Virus record (IMG/VR): IMGVR_UViG_3300006120_000043 | Coordinates: 1 to 37,985 of that record | Strand: one strand, 5' to 3' | DNA: 37,985 nucleotides | DNA from: a virus | Taxonomy: Duplodnaviria; Caudoviricetes | Part shown: positions 34,923 through 37,985 of the stretch, piece after piece | How the letters are laid out: every line of letters begins with the position of its first letter | Numbering within the stretch: the first letter of the stretch is position 1 | Notes under the pieces: generated by a model | Database searches by the model: none | Told to the model about the DNA's origin: nothing | The model's input: the letters and a program-made list of their open reading frames with translations, nothing else | Program-made: the position numbers and the translations under genes

Positions 34923-36538
34923 TAGAAAGCATCCTCAGTCTTAGTAACTTGCCAATTCATAGCAGTCAAATTCCATGAAGAACTTGTGTCATTAGATGCC
35001 ACTTTGATAGAAGCAAGACGCACGTTGTTTTGAGTGGTTGCTACCCAAGGCGAGCCTGTACCAAGCTTCAATATACCTGGATCACCATACCAAGGCGTTT
35101 GAGAAATCGAATCCGAGCCGCCAACAGTCAAACTGATTGTTCCGCTACCAGCAACTTCAGGCAACACACGGTGCGTGTAAATCTTGCTGCTATAAGGAAT
35201 AGGACCTTTTTCGTCAGCCATAGCAATGTTGTCGCGCTGGAACAAAGCATTGATAGCAGAGCCATTAAAGGATGTGCCTTGAGCGGTTTGGACAAGCTGA
35301 GAGTTGGTTGTATCGCCTTGAGCGTAGGTTACGCAGCGTGAAGCAATGTTGAACTGACCCGATGTGAGAACCGGCGACTCGCAACCCATGCAAGCGTTTT
35401 GTACGGTTTTAGGTGCGTTCCAAATCTGCAAGTCATAACGATAAGAAATCATCTTATTGCAGTAACCACTTGAGGTCAGATCAGGATAGTAAATCTCGAT
35501 CTGATACTTGGCCGAGTTGTTGACCAAGAATACATGATTGTAATAAGCAGGGTTCAGGTTAGCGTAGAAGTATTTCTTAACCTTTTGATTGCCAAGCGGT
35601 ATAAATTCTGTACCGTTGAACATCCAAATATCTCGCGCATCAACGCCAAAGACTACGTTATCTACGTTGGCCCAGCAGTTTTGATTTAGCAAGCCACGGC
35701 CAATGCTGAATGGTGCGACTGAGAATACTGGCGCTGTTGAGCTTTGATAAGCCAAGGGAGCCATGATAACCGTATCCCAATAGCTACACAAATAGAAGTT
35801 AGCACCTAAGTAGAAGCCGTCAATCAGAGGGCCACGAACGGCCACTTCTTGCTCGTTAGCCACGTTGGTGATTGTTGGGTTCCAAGTTGCTGGCTCACCA
35901 GTAATAGCAAATGCTTGCGACCAGCGAACAGTAGTTGGATAGTTGGTTACTGTACCGCTCTTGGTTTTGGTAAGGTTACCGGCCACCAAAATGTTCCCCA
36001 CGTTAGGCGAGGAATAATTACGCATAAAACCGGCTTGGACGGCGGTTACACCTAATGTCGACTCGTAATTCCAAACGTAGTTGTTAGGAGCGTGGTCATA
36101 CAGATAGATTTCAGTCTGCGTAGGACCGAAATACATGGGAGGGTTAATGGTGTCGTTTAAAAAGAAAACCTCACCAACCCACGAACCAGTAATATCTAAG
36201 GCATCAGAGTAGCCAGACAAGGCTACGTTAGGGTTTGCACCTACTCCTGGCGTAATGTTACTGATGCCAGAAGAGGTAACCATGTACCACTTTCCTTGAG
36301 CAGTAGCACAAATATAAACCCATTGATTATTATTACGGAAACCGCCAGCCATATAAATGACAGTACCTGGGATATTAGATAGCACATTAACTTCACCATC
36401 TACGTTTTTTACCCCACGCACGTCTGACTCAACATTTAGCCCGATGTTGTACTCATTCGGACCAAGAGCATTACTTGGCACATCTGGCGTAAAGCTCATG
36501 TTTACGAATGGCGTACGGACACGGGAATAGTCACTCAT
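34922..36538 (-). CDS. Tail hub / DNA stabilisation protein (P22 gp10-like)
   Basis: 538 aa beta-rich, 'VRWS' motif, size and position typical of podovirus nozzle proteins. Confidence 0.7.
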   Translation of the reverse strand: MSDYSRVRTPFVNMSFTPDVPSNALGPNEYNIGLNVESDVRGVKNVDGEVNVLSNIPGTVIYMAGGFRNNNQWVYICATAQGKWYMVTSSGISNITPGVGANPNVALSGYSDALDITGSWVGEVFFLNDTINPPMYFGPTQTEIYLYDHAPNNYVWNYESTLGVTAVQAGFMRNYSSPNVGNILVAGNLTKTKSGTVTNYPTTVRWSQAFAITGEPATWNPTITNVANEQEVAVRGPLIDGFYLGANFYLCSYWDTVIMAPLAYQSSTAPVFSVAPFSIGRGLLNQNCWANVDNVVFGVDARDIWMFNGTEFIPLGNQKVKKYFYANLNPAYYNHVFLVNNSAKYQIEIYYPDLTSSGYCNKMISYRYDLQIWNAPKTVQNACMGCESPVLTSGQFNIASRCVTYAQGDTTNSQLVQTAQGTSFNGSAINALFQRDNIAMADEKGPIPYSSKIYTHRVLPEVAGSGTISLTVGGSDSISQTPWYGDPGILKLGTGSPWVATTQNNVRLASIKVASNDTSSSWNLTAMNWQVTKTEDAF

Positions 36539-37588
36539 TTAAGTTACCATTTTTTCTAAATTATTGATAAGTCTAGTATCAGTTGGGTTAAATTCTAAAG
36601 CCTTTTTGCACAATTCAATAGCTTCGTCCTTCATCCCCATATTCCAAGCAGCGATGCTGGCAAGGTCATAAGGCTTCTCAGTCCATACGCTAGGATCAGC
36701 GGTATAGACTTCTTCCTTATTGGTGATATTCAATGCTTGTTTAGCGGCTGTATAGCACTCTAGCCACATCCCATTTATATAAGAAAACAAGGATAAATCT
36801 ACCCAAGGTTCACGGGTAATTGGCGCTTCAGCACAAGCTAATCTATACCATTTTAACGCAGCCCAATAGTCATTTGTTTCTTGATAAGATTTACCAAGTA
36901 AACGCATGGCATAACACCGCTCATTCTGCCAAGTAGCCTGTGGCATCCCAAGGTAAGAATGTAGGGCTTTTATAGCCTCATCCCAGCGGTTATAAAAAGT
37001 TAGCTCTCTAGCGTAATAAAAGGCGTTACGAGGGCAGGTAGGATCTTCTTTTACCGACAATTCCAATAGTGGCATATATTGACCACGAGACTTGCTAGGA
37101 TCAGGATGATGGCTGACCAAAAGCATATCGGTGTGGGCATAAACCTCATTAATTCGTTGGTCGAATCGAGGATATTCATGTACTGGATGCCACCAGAAGT
37201 AACCGTGTCTAGCAAAAATCTTCTCATAGTAAAAGGAAATGCCGCAGCCCCAATCAAACTTGTAGCGTAGGCGAGTCGTACCTTCTACCCATACACGTTC
37301 AATCTCTTCACGCCACCCAGGTTCTAGCACTTCATCAAGGTCAAGGCTGATAACAACGTCAATATCTTTAGGAAGCAGAGCAAGAGCAGCATTTCGAGCA
37401 TGGTCAAAGCGCCAAGGTGTGATGCAAATTTCATGCACCACAGCACCACATTCACGGGCCAATGAAGCGGTGTTATCTGTGCTTCCAGTATCAGCAATAC
37501 AGATCAAGTCTGCGTCTTTTGCTAATTCACAGAAACGCTTTACAAAACCTTCTTCATTTTTTGAAATAGCCGAGACAGCTATCTTCAT
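36539..37588 (-). CDS. GT2 glycosyltransferase with C-terminal TPR repeats
   Basis: 'ISKNEE', 'DTGSTD.T', 'RFDHARNAAL', DxD 'LDLDE', 'PVHE', then TPR helices ending 'ALEFNPTDTRL..NL'. Confidence 0.92.
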   Translation of the reverse strand: MKIAVSAISKNEEGFVKRFCELAKDADLICIADTGSTDNTASLARECGAVVHEICITPWRFDHARNAALALLPKDIDVVISLDLDEVLEPGWREEIERVWVEGTTRLRYKFDWGCGISFYYEKIFARHGYFWWHPVHEYPRFDQRINEVYAHTDMLLVSHHPDPSKSRGQYMPLLELSVKEDPTCPRNAFYYARELTFYNRWDEAIKALHSYLGMPQATWQNERCYAMRLLGKSYQETNDYWAALKWYRLACAEAPITREPWVDLSLFSYINGMWLECYTAAKQALNITNKEEVYTADPSVWTEKPYDLASIAAWNMGMKDEAIELCKKALEFNPTDTRLINNLEKMVT

Positions 37589-37770
37589 TCTTTGACCTCA
37601 ACGGTCTCAACGGGGGCCACCGTAGCAGAAGGGGAACCGGTGATGATTTGCTTTTGAGCTACAGCTTGCTCTTGTACCTTTTGTGATACAGCAGCAATTT
37701 TGCTAGGCATCATGCTCAAAGATTGAAGGATAAGAACAACTTCGTCTTCGTTCAAATTCAAATTAAACAT
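37585..37770 (-). CDS. Hypothetical protein
   Basis: 61 aa, AAGGA RBS, ATGA overlap with the glycosyltransferase. Confidence 0.7.
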   Translation of the reverse strand: MFNLNLNEDEVVLILQSLSMMPSKIAAVSQKVQEQAVAQKQIITGSPSATVAPVETVEVKE

Positions 37771-37798
37771 ACTATTCCTTTAAATAAAACCTAGCTTA

Positions 37799-37985
37799 TT
37801 ATGCAGGATTTGTTGGTTCAGTAGGCCAAGCCATATCCCAAGGAAAGCCAGCTTCTTTAGGCAAATCACGCAAGGCTTGACGGTATGTTGCCCATGCTGC
37901 TTTATCTACTGGCGCATCAGCAACTTGTGTCCAATCGCATTTAGATAGCTTATCGTCACGTTGCTGGCGTACCGATGCGGCTTGG
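37799..37985 (-). CDS. Partial tail fibre assembly chaperone (C-terminus)
   Basis: Not in the ORF track; QAASVRQQRDDKLSKCDWTQVADAPVDKAAWATYRQALRDLPKEAGFPWDMAWPTEPTNPA then TAATAA. Confidence 0.85.
   Translation of the reverse strand, partial: QAASVRQQRDDKLSKCDWTQVADAPVDKAAWATYRQALRDLPKEAGFPWDMAWPTEPTNPA

Overview
The window is a near-complete genome of a tailed dsDNA phage with podovirus-type (P22/SU10-like) morphogenesis. It probably infects a Gram-negative host, because it encodes an Rz/Rz1 spanin pair. Minus-strand late genes run from 13.7 kb to base 1 (GNAT, probable TerS, small proteins, TerL, portal, scaffold, major capsid, adaptor, collagen-like fibre, fibre) and from 37985 to 24.4 kb (tail chaperone, GT2-TPR glycosyltransferase, tail proteins, ejection proteins, lysis cassette, peptidase, metallophosphoesterase). 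A minus-strand middle block (20.2-15.8 kb) holds Cro, a short replication protein, GNAT, RusA, a PAPS-reductase-family protein and DUF1364. There are two plus-strand early blocks (14.4-15.5 kb and 20.4-24.4 kb, the latter with a Sak3-like annealase and SSB). No integrase, CI repressor, polymerase, helicase, tRNA or CRISPR was seen. The most notable observations are: (1) a c4-like pseudoknotted RNA followed by a ~235-nt multi-helix element placed directly before a replication protein that lacks its usual N-terminal origin-binding half; (2) a GT2-TPR glycosyltransferase in the same late gene set as a Gly-Pro-Thr collagen fibre, suggesting virion glycosylation; (3) a small RNA with a bulged-G motif after ssb; (4) a shared 14-bp operator at the main promoters; (5) a 2-kb early island bounded by a G-quadruplex motif and a GATTAT array. 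All product calls come from motif recognition by eye, not from database searches.
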